From Auanema rhodensis (Eukaryota > Animalia > Nematoda): a stretch of DNA of 64,000 bases. The notes beneath the pieces are model-generated. The model saw nothing but the letters and a program-made list of their open reading frames with translations, ran no database searches and was not told the DNA's origin. Below are positions 1 through 9,861 of the stretch, piece after piece; position 1 is the first letter of the stretch; every line of letters begins with the position of its first letter. A program made the translations under genes and the position numbers. The stretch covers positions 11,966,001 through 12,030,000 of the forward strand of contig OZ059894.1 in assembly GCA_964057225.1 (NCBI GenBank), in the 5' to 3' direction.

Positions 1-288
1 AAAACTACAATATTAAACTATAAAAGTAACAAAAGCGTAGAGGCAGCAAAGACATGAATAAACATAAATGTAAATACAGAATTACCAGGTAGTACATAAG
101 TATGACAAAAAATTATAAGAAAGCCATGAAAATAGAAGGTTTGTGAACAAATGAGAGGTACATCTTTGATCGTATAGTCATTTCTAAACCGTTCGTATGC
201 TGCAGCATCGTCATAAGCGTCACTCAAGTTGAATTTCCATGTGTACTACACGATTTTCATTCTTATTGTTACATTCTTTCCCTGAGGG

Positions 289-1303
289 AATGGGCCGTTC
301 CCGCCAGCAGTGCAAGAGCGGGTCGACCCGTGAGGTGGAGCTAGCAAGCCAGCATCTACCTCAAGTCTCAAAAATCGGTTAACCTTATTGTGAACCAATG
401 GAACACATATCGAAGGTTAATTCGATAAGAACGATTTATTGAAGTAGATAATGTTTGTCCCGGAGGACTACAATATTAAAATAATTACTGAAGCCCGAAG
501 GCAGCGAGAAATAGTAAGGATACTACCTGCACTGAGTGCGTCGTATCATAAAAAAAGAGATAGCTAATGGGCAAGTTGAAGAGCTTGAAATTAACAATGA
601 CGTCACTAGAAGTAAAGTTTTCTATCTGCAGCTGCGGGTAAAGAGGGTCAGCGTAAGCAGAATTCAATTCTACCAACAATTAGTGGGAACATTGAGAGAA
701 CAGATGAAGGAGGAAATTGTAACTTCAAGTAAAATAGATTATATCTTCAGCTGCGGGTAAAGAGAGTCAGCTTTGTACAGATTACTAGTTTACATAAGAA
801 GTGGTAACATTTCAAAAAAGGAGCACAACATAAAAAACGAGACTACGGACTATGAGGTAAATGTTATCATTGTCTGGATCGATGATTCGGCATTTGATTG
901 CAGCTGCGGATTGAGTGGATCAGCTTGCATGGCGTCCGCATTCGACATCAGGGAAAATGATGAGTTTCTTGAGGTCCGGCTCGGCGGGCTGTTATGTCCT
1001 ATTCCCTGTTGATGGTGTTGTTGTCCTTGAGCTTGTTCTTCTTCCCAGAAAAAAAAAAACTGTGAAGCTGAAGAGTCCTATTAAACGTCTTTAAACGCAA
1101 GATTAATAAGAAGCTACTACAGCTAACACAGGACCGCCTCAAGGCCTGGTAGATCAACCAGTGTTGCTTCAATCACCAAGTATTGCGGCCTGGGCCCTTG
1201 GATCAATTCACAACACCAGTATAGCAATGGAACACATATCGAAGGTTAATTCGATAAGAACGATTACTACACTTTGATCTTAGCCAAAAGGCCGAGAAGC
1301 GAT
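289..1303 (-). pseudogene. U2: U2 snRNA gene interrupted by element A (nt 1-79 at 1303-1225; nt 40-end at 435-289)
   Basis: Minus strand ATCGCTTCTCGGCCTTTTGGCTAAGATCAAAGTGTAGTA from 1303; 3' part with Sm site ATTTTTG and loop IV TTGCACT lies beyond the insert. Confidence 0.93.
436..1224 (-). mobile_element. Element A: 789-bp non-coding U2-targeted insertion, putative non-autonomous Utopia-dependent retroelement
   Basis: Absent from post-gap units; flanked by 40-bp direct repeats of U2 nt 40-79 (396-435, 1225-1264); 3' end CATTATCTACTTCAATAA resembles the Utopia tail; no long ORF. Confidence 0.85.
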
Positions 1304-1376
1304 ACAGCATAGCCATGAGTATCAAAGACATCAAGCAAATGTATCGTACTTGTTACGAGTGCACTCTCTCATTTGA
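1304..1376 (-). promoter_or_regulatory. Presumed U2 upstream promoter region (PSE position), present in every unit
   Basis: Positional inference only; specific PSE motif not recognised. Confidence 0.35.
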
Positions 1377-1730
1377 ATATAAAAGTGTGGTTTGACAATC
1401 TTGACTGTACAGGTCATAAATGGCTCATATAAACTGTGGATTTACTCAACTTTTGGACTTATTTTTTTCTTATTCGAAGCGCTGCACTTTTTTCTATTCT
1501 TTTTATTCAAATACTTGTATATAGTTTTATATGTACGGTTGCAAAGTTTCCGAATATTTTATATATTTTTATACAATAATTAGGAGAAGGTTAATACAAT
1601 GAAATCTCCCAACTTTACAGTGTTTGTATTGCTTACAGTATCTAGAACAACCACTCTTGTAATATTAGAGCACATATCAATCAACAACTTTTTCTAGTTA
1701 TCAAAGCTTTTTTATTTCTTCAAGATATTT

Positions 1731-1746
1731 CAAATAAAATATAAAA
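1731..1746 (-). terminator. Pol III oligo-T terminator after 5S (same after every 5S copy)
   Basis: Minus strand ...GCTTTTATATTTTATTTG directly at the 5S 3' end. Confidence 0.75.
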
Positions 1747-1864
1747 GCTTACGACACCCGGGATTCCCAAGCCGTCTCCGATCCAAGTACTAACCGGGCC
1801 CAACGTTGCTTGACTTGCCAGATCGGACGGGATGGCGTACTTTCAACGTGGTATGGTCGTAAGC
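1746..1864 (-). rRNA. 5S: 5S rRNA
   Basis: 119-nt GCTTACGACCATACCACGTTGAAAGTACGCCATCCCGTCCGATCTGGCAAG...GTCGTAAGCT, close to nematode 5S, followed by T-run Pol III terminator. Confidence 0.97.
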
Positions 1865-2105
1865 AATGTTATATTCTTCATTATCAGTTATATCACTCTA
1901 AATCTTGTTGTTAATAGTTAGGACCACAAAGAAAACAACAGGAACAGTAACAAATGAAATGCCCAAACTTTACAGTGTTCGAGTTATTTACAGTATCTAA
2001 GACTACCTCTGTCGTGTTATTAGAGCAAACATTCGATTAACAACAACTTTTTTTTAGTTATCAAAGCTTTTTTATTTCTTCAAAAAATTTCAAATAAAAT
2101 ATAAA

Positions 2106-2224
2106 AGCTTACGACACCCGGGATTCCCAAGCCGTCTCCGATCCAAGTACTAACCGGGCCCAACGTTGCTTGACTTGCCAGATCGGACGGGATGGCGTAC
2201 TTTCAACGTGGTATGGTCGTAAGC
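2106..2224 (-). rRNA. 5S: 5S rRNA
   Basis: Identical copy 360 bp from the first. Confidence 0.97.
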
Positions 2225-2366
2225 AATGTCATATTCTTCATTATCAGTTATATCACTCTAAATCTTGTTGTTAATAGATACGACCACAAAGAAAACAACA
2301 GGAACAGTAACAATAACAAAAAAAATTTTTTTTTCACCTATGTGTCTAAAGGTTAGCCATGTATCC

Positions 2367-2370
<4 letters not shown>

Positions 2371-2420
<50 letters not shown>
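2371..2420. repeat. (AT)n microsatellite, one per unit, 18-70 bp
   Basis: 50 bp here; 18 bp at 22159-22176; 70 bp at 46901-46970. Confidence 0.97.
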
Positions 2421-2422
<2 letters not shown>

Positions 2423-3235
2423 ACAGTAAAAAGTCCAATCAAGAGAGAAATTTTTTCAACACATAGTTGTTTTTTTTTAAATATCATTGTTTTTCCTCAT
2501 AACTCGGTTTAAACTCGTTCTAACCCGTTGAAATACGTCTAGAAAGTCTTTATAACATGCATATGTATGATAGAACTTCATATTTATTGTAATAGAAAAT
2601 TTTATTTTCAGACGTCTTGGTTAACAATGATATGTTTTACCCCCTTATAATTTTTATCATAATGTTCCTTATACGGAACGCTCAATGAAACTTGCTTCCA
2701 GAAAAATTTCTTTCTATTTTTTCTTCATATGTACGTAGATACTATAGAGAACTATGATAGAAAACTTTAACATTCACGAAATCATCATTTCTCATTACGC
2801 TACGGAGGTTTAAAAAGCTGTGTTTTACCTTATAATAGACCGGAAAACCCTTGTGTTAAAACTGGACCGTTTTTACACATATAAAAATGTCCCGTATTCG
2901 GGACCCTAATGTAACTTTTGATTCCCTATATTTTTTTTCATGAAATTTACAATCTACTGTAGAAAGAAGAATTATTTTTATAAAAACTGTAAATTTTTGA
3001 AAAATGAAAACAAAACGAAAACAAAAACAACTTTTTTTTGAACATTTTCTCACACAAGGGTCCCCCCTTACCTACTTTTTTTCTCATTACTCGTTTCAAC
3101 CTCATCCGATCACTCTGCAAACATGTTTAATCGTTCTAACTTGTTGAAATACGTCTTAAAAGTCTAAACAACATGCATATGCATAATAGAAACCACCCGA
3201 ATAGGCCCCCACGCACTAAACGAGATATATACATT

Positions 3236-3330
3236 ACCAGTATAGTAATAGAACACATATTGAAGATTAATTCGATAAGAACAATTTATTGACGTAGAGA
3301 ATGTTTGTTCCGAAAAACTACAATATTAAA
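3236..3330 (-). mobile_element. Fossil junction: element 3' end + U2 nt 39-79 + element 5' end; present in the spacer of every unit
   Basis: 3236-3245 matches element A 5' terminus; 3246-3286 matches U2 39-79 (36/41); 3287-3330 matches element A 437-480 (38/44). Confidence 0.85.
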
Positions 3331-3601
3331 CTATAAAAGTAACAAAAGCGTAGAGGCAGCAAAGACATGAATAAACATAAATGTAAATACAGAATTACCA
3401 GGTAGTACATAAGTATGACAAAAAATTATAAGAAAGCCATGAAAATAGAAGGTTTGTGAACAAATGAGAGGTACATCTTTGATCGTATAGTCATTTCTAA
3501 ACCGTTCGTATGCTGCAGCATCGTCATAAGCGTCACTCAAGTTGAATTTCCATGTGTACTACACGATTTTCATTCTTATTGTTACATTCTTTCCCTGAGG
3601 G

Positions 3602-4616
3602 AATGGGCCGTTCCCGCCAGCAGTGCAAGAGCGGGTCGACCCGTGAGGTGGAGCTAGCAAGCCAGCATCTACCTCAAGTCTCAAAAATCGGTTAACCTTA
3701 TTGTGAACCAATGGAACACATATCGAAGGTTAATTCGATAAGAACGATTTATTGAAGTAGATAATGTTTGTCCCGGAGGACTACAATATTAAAATAATTA
3801 CTGAAGCCCGAAGGCAGCGAGAAATAGTAAGGATACTACCTGCACTGAGTGCGTCGTATCATAAAAAAAGAGATAGCTAATGGGCAAGTTGAAGAGCTTG
3901 AAATTAACAATGACGTCACTAGAAGTAAAGTTTTCTATCTGCAGCTGCGGGTAAAGAGGGTCAGCGTAAGCAGAATTCAATTCTACCAACAATTAGTGGG
4001 AACATTGAGAGAACAGATGAAGGAGGAAATTGTAACTTCAAGTAAAATAGATTATATCTTCAGCTGCGGGTAAAGAGAGTCAGCTTTGTACAGATTACTA
4101 GTTTACATAAGAAGTGGTAACATTTCAAAAAAGGAGCACAACATAAAAAACGAGACTACGGACTATGAGGTAAATGTTATCATTGTCTGGATCGATGATT
4201 CGGCATTTGATTGCAGCTGCGGATTGAGTGGATCAGCTTGCATGGCGTCCGCATTCGACATCAGGGAAAATGATGAGTTTCTTGAGGTCCGGCTCGGCGG
4301 GCTGTTATGTCCTATTCCCTGTTGATGGTGTTGTTGTCCTTGAGCTTGTTCTTCTTCCCAGAAAAAAAAAAACTGTGAAGCTGAAGAGTCCTATTAAACG
4401 TCTTTAAACGCAAGATTAATAAGAAGCTACTACAGCTAACACAGGACCGCCTCAAGGCCTGGTAGATCAACCAGTGTTGCTTCAATCACCAAGTATTGCG
4501 GCCTGGGCCCTTGGATCAATTCACAACACCAGTATAGCAATGGAACACATATCGAAGGTTAATTCGATAAGAACGATTACTACACTTTGATCTTAGCCAA
4601 AAGGCCGAGAAGCGAT
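3602..4616 (-). pseudogene. U2: U2 snRNA gene interrupted by element A
   Basis: Same as 289-1303. Confidence 0.93.
3749..4537 (-). mobile_element. Element A copy 2
   Basis: Same sequence and junctions as 436-1224. Confidence 0.85.
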
Positions 4617-5058
4617 ACAGCATAGCCATGAGTATCAAAGACATCAAGCAAATGTATCGTACTTGTTACGAGTGCACTCTCTCATTTGAATATAAAAGTG
4701 TGGTTTGACAATCTTGACTGTACAGGTCATAAATGGCTCATATAAACTGTGGATTTACTCAACTTTTGGACTTATTTTTTTCTTATTCGAAGCGCTGCAC
4801 TTTTTTCTATTCTTTTTATTCAAATACTTGTATATAGTTTTATATGTACGGTTGCAAAGTTTCCGAATATTTTATATATTTTTATACAATAATTAGGAGA
4901 AGGTTAATACAATGAAATCTCCCAACTTTACAGTGTTTGTATTGCTTACAGTATCTAGAACAACCACTCTTGTAATATTAGAGCACATATCAATCAACAA
5001 CTTTTTCTAGTTATCAAAGCTTTTTTATTTCTTCAAGATATTTCAAATAAAATATAAA

Positions 5059-5177
5059 AGCTTACGACACCCGGGATTCCCAAGCCGTCTCCGATCCAAG
5101 TACTAACCGGGCCCAACGTTGCTTGACTTGCCAGATCGGACGGGATGGCGTACTTTCAACGTGGTATGGTCGTAAGC
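5059..5177 (-). rRNA. 5S: 5S rRNA
   Basis: Identical copy. Confidence 0.97.
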
Positions 5178-5418
5178 AATGTTATATTCTTCATTATCAG
5201 TTATATCACTCTAAATCTTGTTGTTAATAGTTAGGACCACAAAGAAAACAACAGGAACAGTAACAAATGAAATGCCCAAACTTTACAGTGTTCGAGTTAT
5301 TTACAGTATCTAAGACTACCTCTGTCGTGTTATTAGAGCAAACATTCGATTAACAACAACTTTTTTTTAGTTATCAAAGCTTTTTTATTTCTTCAAAAAA
5401 TTTCAAATAAAATATAAA

Positions 5419-5537
5419 AGCTTACGACACCCGGGATTCCCAAGCCGTCTCCGATCCAAGTACTAACCGGGCCCAACGTTGCTTGACTTGCCAGATCGGA
5501 CGGGATGGCGTACTTTCAACGTGGTATGGTCGTAAGC
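5419..5537 (-). rRNA. 5S: 5S rRNA
   Basis: Identical copy. Confidence 0.97.
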
Positions 5538-5679
5538 AATGTCATATTCTTCATTATCAGTTATATCACTCTAAATCTTGTTGTTAATAGATACGACCAC
5601 AAAGAAAACAACAGGAACAGTAACAATAACAAAAAAAATTTTTTTTTCACCTATGTGTCTAAAGGTTAGCCATGTATCC

Positions 5680-5735
<56 letters not shown>

Positions 5736-6914
5736 ACAGTAAAAAGTCCAATCAAGAGAGAAATTTTTTCAACACATAGTTGTTTTTTTTTAAATATCAT
5801 TGTTTTTCCTCATAACTCGGTTTAAACTCGTTCTAACCCGTTGAAATACGTCTAGAAAGTCTTTATAACATGCATATGTATGATAGAACTTCATATTTAT
5901 TGTAATAGAAAATTTTATTTTCAGACGTCTTGGTTAACAATGATATGTTTTACCCCCTTATAATTTTTATCATAATGTTCCTTATACGGAACGCTCAATG
6001 AAACTTGCTTCCAGAAAAATTTCTTTCTATTTTTTCTTCATATGTACGTAGATACTATAGAGAACTATGATAGAAAACTTTAACATTCACGAAATCATCA
6101 TTTCTCATTACGCTACGGAGGTTTAAAAAGCTGTGTTTTACCTTATAATAGACCGGAAAACCCTTGTGTTAAAACTGGACCGTTTTTACACATATAAAAA
6201 TGTCCCGTATTCGGGACCCTAATGTAACTTTTGATTCCCTATATTTTTTTTCATGAAATTTACAATCTACTGTAGAAAGAAGAATTATTTTTATAAAAAC
6301 TGTAAATTTTTGAAAAATGAAAACAAAACGAAAACAAAAACAACTTTTTTTTGAACATTTTCTCACACAAGGGTCCCCCCTTACCTACTTTTTTTCTCAT
6401 TACTCGTTTCAACCTCATCCGATCACTCTGCAAACATGTTTAATCGTTCTAACTTGTTGAAATACGTCTTAAAAGTCTAAACAACATGCATATGCATAAT
6501 AGAAACCACCCGAATAGGCCCCCACGCACTAAACGAGATATATACATTACCAGTATAGTAATAGAACACATATTGAAGATTAATTCGATAAGAACAATTT
6601 ATTGACGTAGAGAATGTTTGTTCCGAAAAACTACAATATTAAACTATAAAAGTAACAAAAGCGTAGAGGCAGCAAAGACATGAATAAACATAAATGTAAA
6701 TACAGAATTACCAGGTAGTACATAAGTATGACAAAAAATTATAAGAAAGCCATGAAAATAGAAGGTTTGTGAACAAATGAGAGGTACATCTTTGATCGTA
6801 TAGTCATTTCTAAACCGTTCGTATGCTGCAGCATCGTCATAAGCGTCACTCAAGTTGAATTTCCATGTGTACTACACGATTTTCATTCTTATTGTTACAT
6901 TCTTTCCCTGAGGG

Positions 6915-7929
6915 AATGGGCCGTTCCCGCCAGCAGTGCAAGAGCGGGTCGACCCGTGAGGTGGAGCTAGCAAGCCAGCATCTACCTCAAGTCTCAAAAA
7001 TCGGTTAACCTTATTGTGAACCAATGGAACACATATCGAAGGTTAATTCGATAAGAACGATTTATTGAAGTAGATAATGTTTGTCCCGGAGGACTACAAT
7101 ATTAAAATAATTACTGAAGCCCGAAGGCAGCGAGAAATAGTAAGGATACTACCTGCACTGAGTGCGTCGTATCATAAAAAAAGAGATAGCTAATGGGCAA
7201 GTTGAAGAGCTTGAAATTAACAATGACGTCACTAGAAGTAAAGTTTTCTATCTGCAGCTGCGGGTAAAGAGGGTCAGCGTAAGCAGAATTCAATTCTACC
7301 AACAATTAGTGGGAACATTGAGAGAACAGATGAAGGAGGAAATTGTAACTTCAAGTAAAATAGATTATATCTTCAGCTGCGGGTAAAGAGAGTCAGCTTT
7401 GTACAGATTACTAGTTTACATAAGAAGTGGTAACATTTCAAAAAAGGAGCACAACATAAAAAACGAGACTACGGACTATGAGGTAAATGTTATCATTGTC
7501 TGGATCGATGATTCGGCATTTGATTGCAGCTGCGGATTGAGTGGATCAGCTTGCATGGCGTCCGCATTCGACATCAGGGAAAATGATGAGTTTCTTGAGG
7601 TCCGGCTCGGCGGGCTGTTATGTCCTATTCCCTGTTGATGGTGTTGTTGTCCTTGAGCTTGTTCTTCTTCCCAGAAAAAAAAAAACTGTGAAGCTGAAGA
7701 GTCCTATTAAACGTCTTTAAACGCAAGATTAATAAGAAGCTACTACAGCTAACACAGGACCGCCTCAAGGCCTGGTAGATCAACCAGTGTTGCTTCAATC
7801 ACCAAGTATTGCGGCCTGGGCCCTTGGATCAATTCACAACACCAGTATAGCAATGGAACACATATCGAAGGTTAATTCGATAAGAACGATTACTACACTT
7901 TGATCTTAGCCAAAAGGCCGAGAAGCGAT
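6915..7929 (-). pseudogene. U2: U2 snRNA gene interrupted by element A
   Basis: Same as 289-1303. Confidence 0.93.
7062..7850 (-). mobile_element. Element A copy 3
   Basis: Same sequence and junctions as 436-1224. Confidence 0.85.
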
Positions 7930-8371
7930 ACAGCATAGCCATGAGTATCAAAGACATCAAGCAAATGTATCGTACTTGTTACGAGTGCACTCTCTCATTT
8001 GAATATAAAAGTGTGGTTTGACAATCTTGACTGTACAGGTCATAAATGGCTCATATAAACTGTGGATTTACTCAACTTTTGGACTTATTTTTTTCTTATT
8101 CGAAGCGCTGCACTTTTTTCTATTCTTTTTATTCAAATACTTGTATATAGTTTTATATGTACGGTTGCAAAGTTTCCGAATATTTTATATATTTTTATAC
8201 AATAATTAGGAGAAGGTTAATACAATGAAATCTCCCAACTTTACAGTGTTTGTATTGCTTACAGTATCTAGAACAACCACTCTTGTAATATTAGAGCACA
8301 TATCAATCAACAACTTTTTCTAGTTATCAAAGCTTTTTTATTTCTTCAAGATATTTCAAATAAAATATAAA

Positions 8372-8490
8372 AGCTTACGACACCCGGGATTCCCAAGCCG
8401 TCTCCGATCCAAGTACTAACCGGGCCCAACGTTGCTTGACTTGCCAGATCGGACGGGATGGCGTACTTTCAACGTGGTATGGTCGTAAGC
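8372..8490 (-). rRNA. 5S: 5S rRNA (single-5S unit)
   Basis: Identical copy; the 360-bp sub-repeat is missing in this unit. Confidence 0.97.
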
Positions 8491-8632
8491 AATGTTATAT
8501 TCTTCATTATCAGTTATATCACTCTAAATCTTGTTGTTAATAGATACGACCACAAAGAAAACAACAGGAACAGTAACAATAACAAAAAAAATTTTTTTTT
8601 CACCTATGTGTCTAAAGGTTAGCCATGTATCC

Positions 8633-8682
<50 letters not shown>

Positions 8683-9861
8683 ACAGTAAAAAGTCCAATC
8701 AAGAGAGAAATTTTTTCAACACATAGTTGTTTTTTTTTAAATATCATTGTTTTTCCTCATAACTCGGTTTAAACTCGTTCTAACCCGTTGAAATACGTCT
8801 AGAAAGTCTTTATAACATGCATATGTATGATAGAACTTCATATTTATTGTAATAGAAAATTTTATTTTCAGACGTCTTGGTTAACAATGATATGTTTTAC
8901 CCCCTTATAATTTTTATCATAATGTTCCTTATACGGAACGCTCAATGAAACTTGCTTCCAGAAAAATTTCTTTCTATTTTTTCTTCATATGTACGTAGAT
9001 ACTATAGAGAACTATGATAGAAAACTTTAACATTCACGAAATCATCATTTCTCATTACGCTACGGAGGTTTAAAAAGCTGTGTTTTACCTTATAATAGAC
9101 CGGAAAACCCTTGTGTTAAAACTGGACCGTTTTTACACATATAAAAATGTCCCGTATTCGGGACCCTAATGTAACTTTTGATTCCCTATATTTTTTTTCA
9201 TGAAATTTACAATCTACTGTAGAAAGAAGAATTATTTTTATAAAAACTGTAAATTTTTGAAAAATGAAAACAAAACGAAAACAAAAACAACTTTTTTTTG
9301 AACATTTTCTCACACAAGGGTCCCCCCTTACCTACTTTTTTTCTCATTACTCGTTTCAACCTCATCCGATCACTCTGCAAACATGTTTAATCGTTCTAAC
9401 TTGTTGAAATACGTCTTAAAAGTCTAAACAACATGCATATGCATAATAGAAACCACCCGAATAGGCCCCCACGCACTAAACGAGATATATACATTACCAG
9501 TATAGTAATAGAACACATATTGAAGATTAATTCGATAAGAACAATTTATTGACGTAGAGAATGTTTGTTCCGAAAAACTACAATATTAAACTATAAAAGT
9601 AACAAAAGCGTAGAGGCAGCAAAGACATGAATAAACATAAATGTAAATACAGAATTACCAGGTAGTACATAAGTATGACAAAAAATTATAAGAAAGCCAT
9701 GAAAATAGAAGGTTTGTGAACAAATGAGAGGTACATCTTTGATCGTATAGTCATTTCTAAACCGTTCGTATGCTGCAGCATCGTCATAAGCGTCACTCAA
9801 GTTGAATTTCCATGTGTACTACACGATTTTCATTCTTATTGTTACATTCTTTCCCTGAGGG

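Noticed and set aside
148-208. CAAATGAGAG/TCTTTGAT/TATGCTG words shared with the U2 upstream region, and palindrome ATGCTGCAGCAT, as a possible opposite-strand snRNA promoter
   Set aside because: Spacing not conserved and no recognisable RNA gene downstream; compatible with chance.
629-924. CRISPR-like array interpretation of the internal repeats
   Set aside because: Only 2-3 imperfect repeats, long unequal and partly homologous spacers, eukaryotic context, no cas genes.
436-1224. Element A as a spliceosomal intron in U2 or an LTR/DNA transposon
   Set aside because: No GT..AG ends, no terminal inverted repeats; the flanking direct repeats are host U2 sequence, not LTRs.
1130-1273. HDV-like ribozyme using U2 nt 31-37 as P1
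   Set aside because: P1' followed by GG is present, but no P3/L3 with CC or conserved J4/2 fits in both A and B.
2506-2830. GGTTTAA motifs (2506, 2806) as possible spliced-leader RNA genes
   Set aside because: Not followed by a leader-like ACCCA..GAG/GT donor; no SL structure recognisable by eye.
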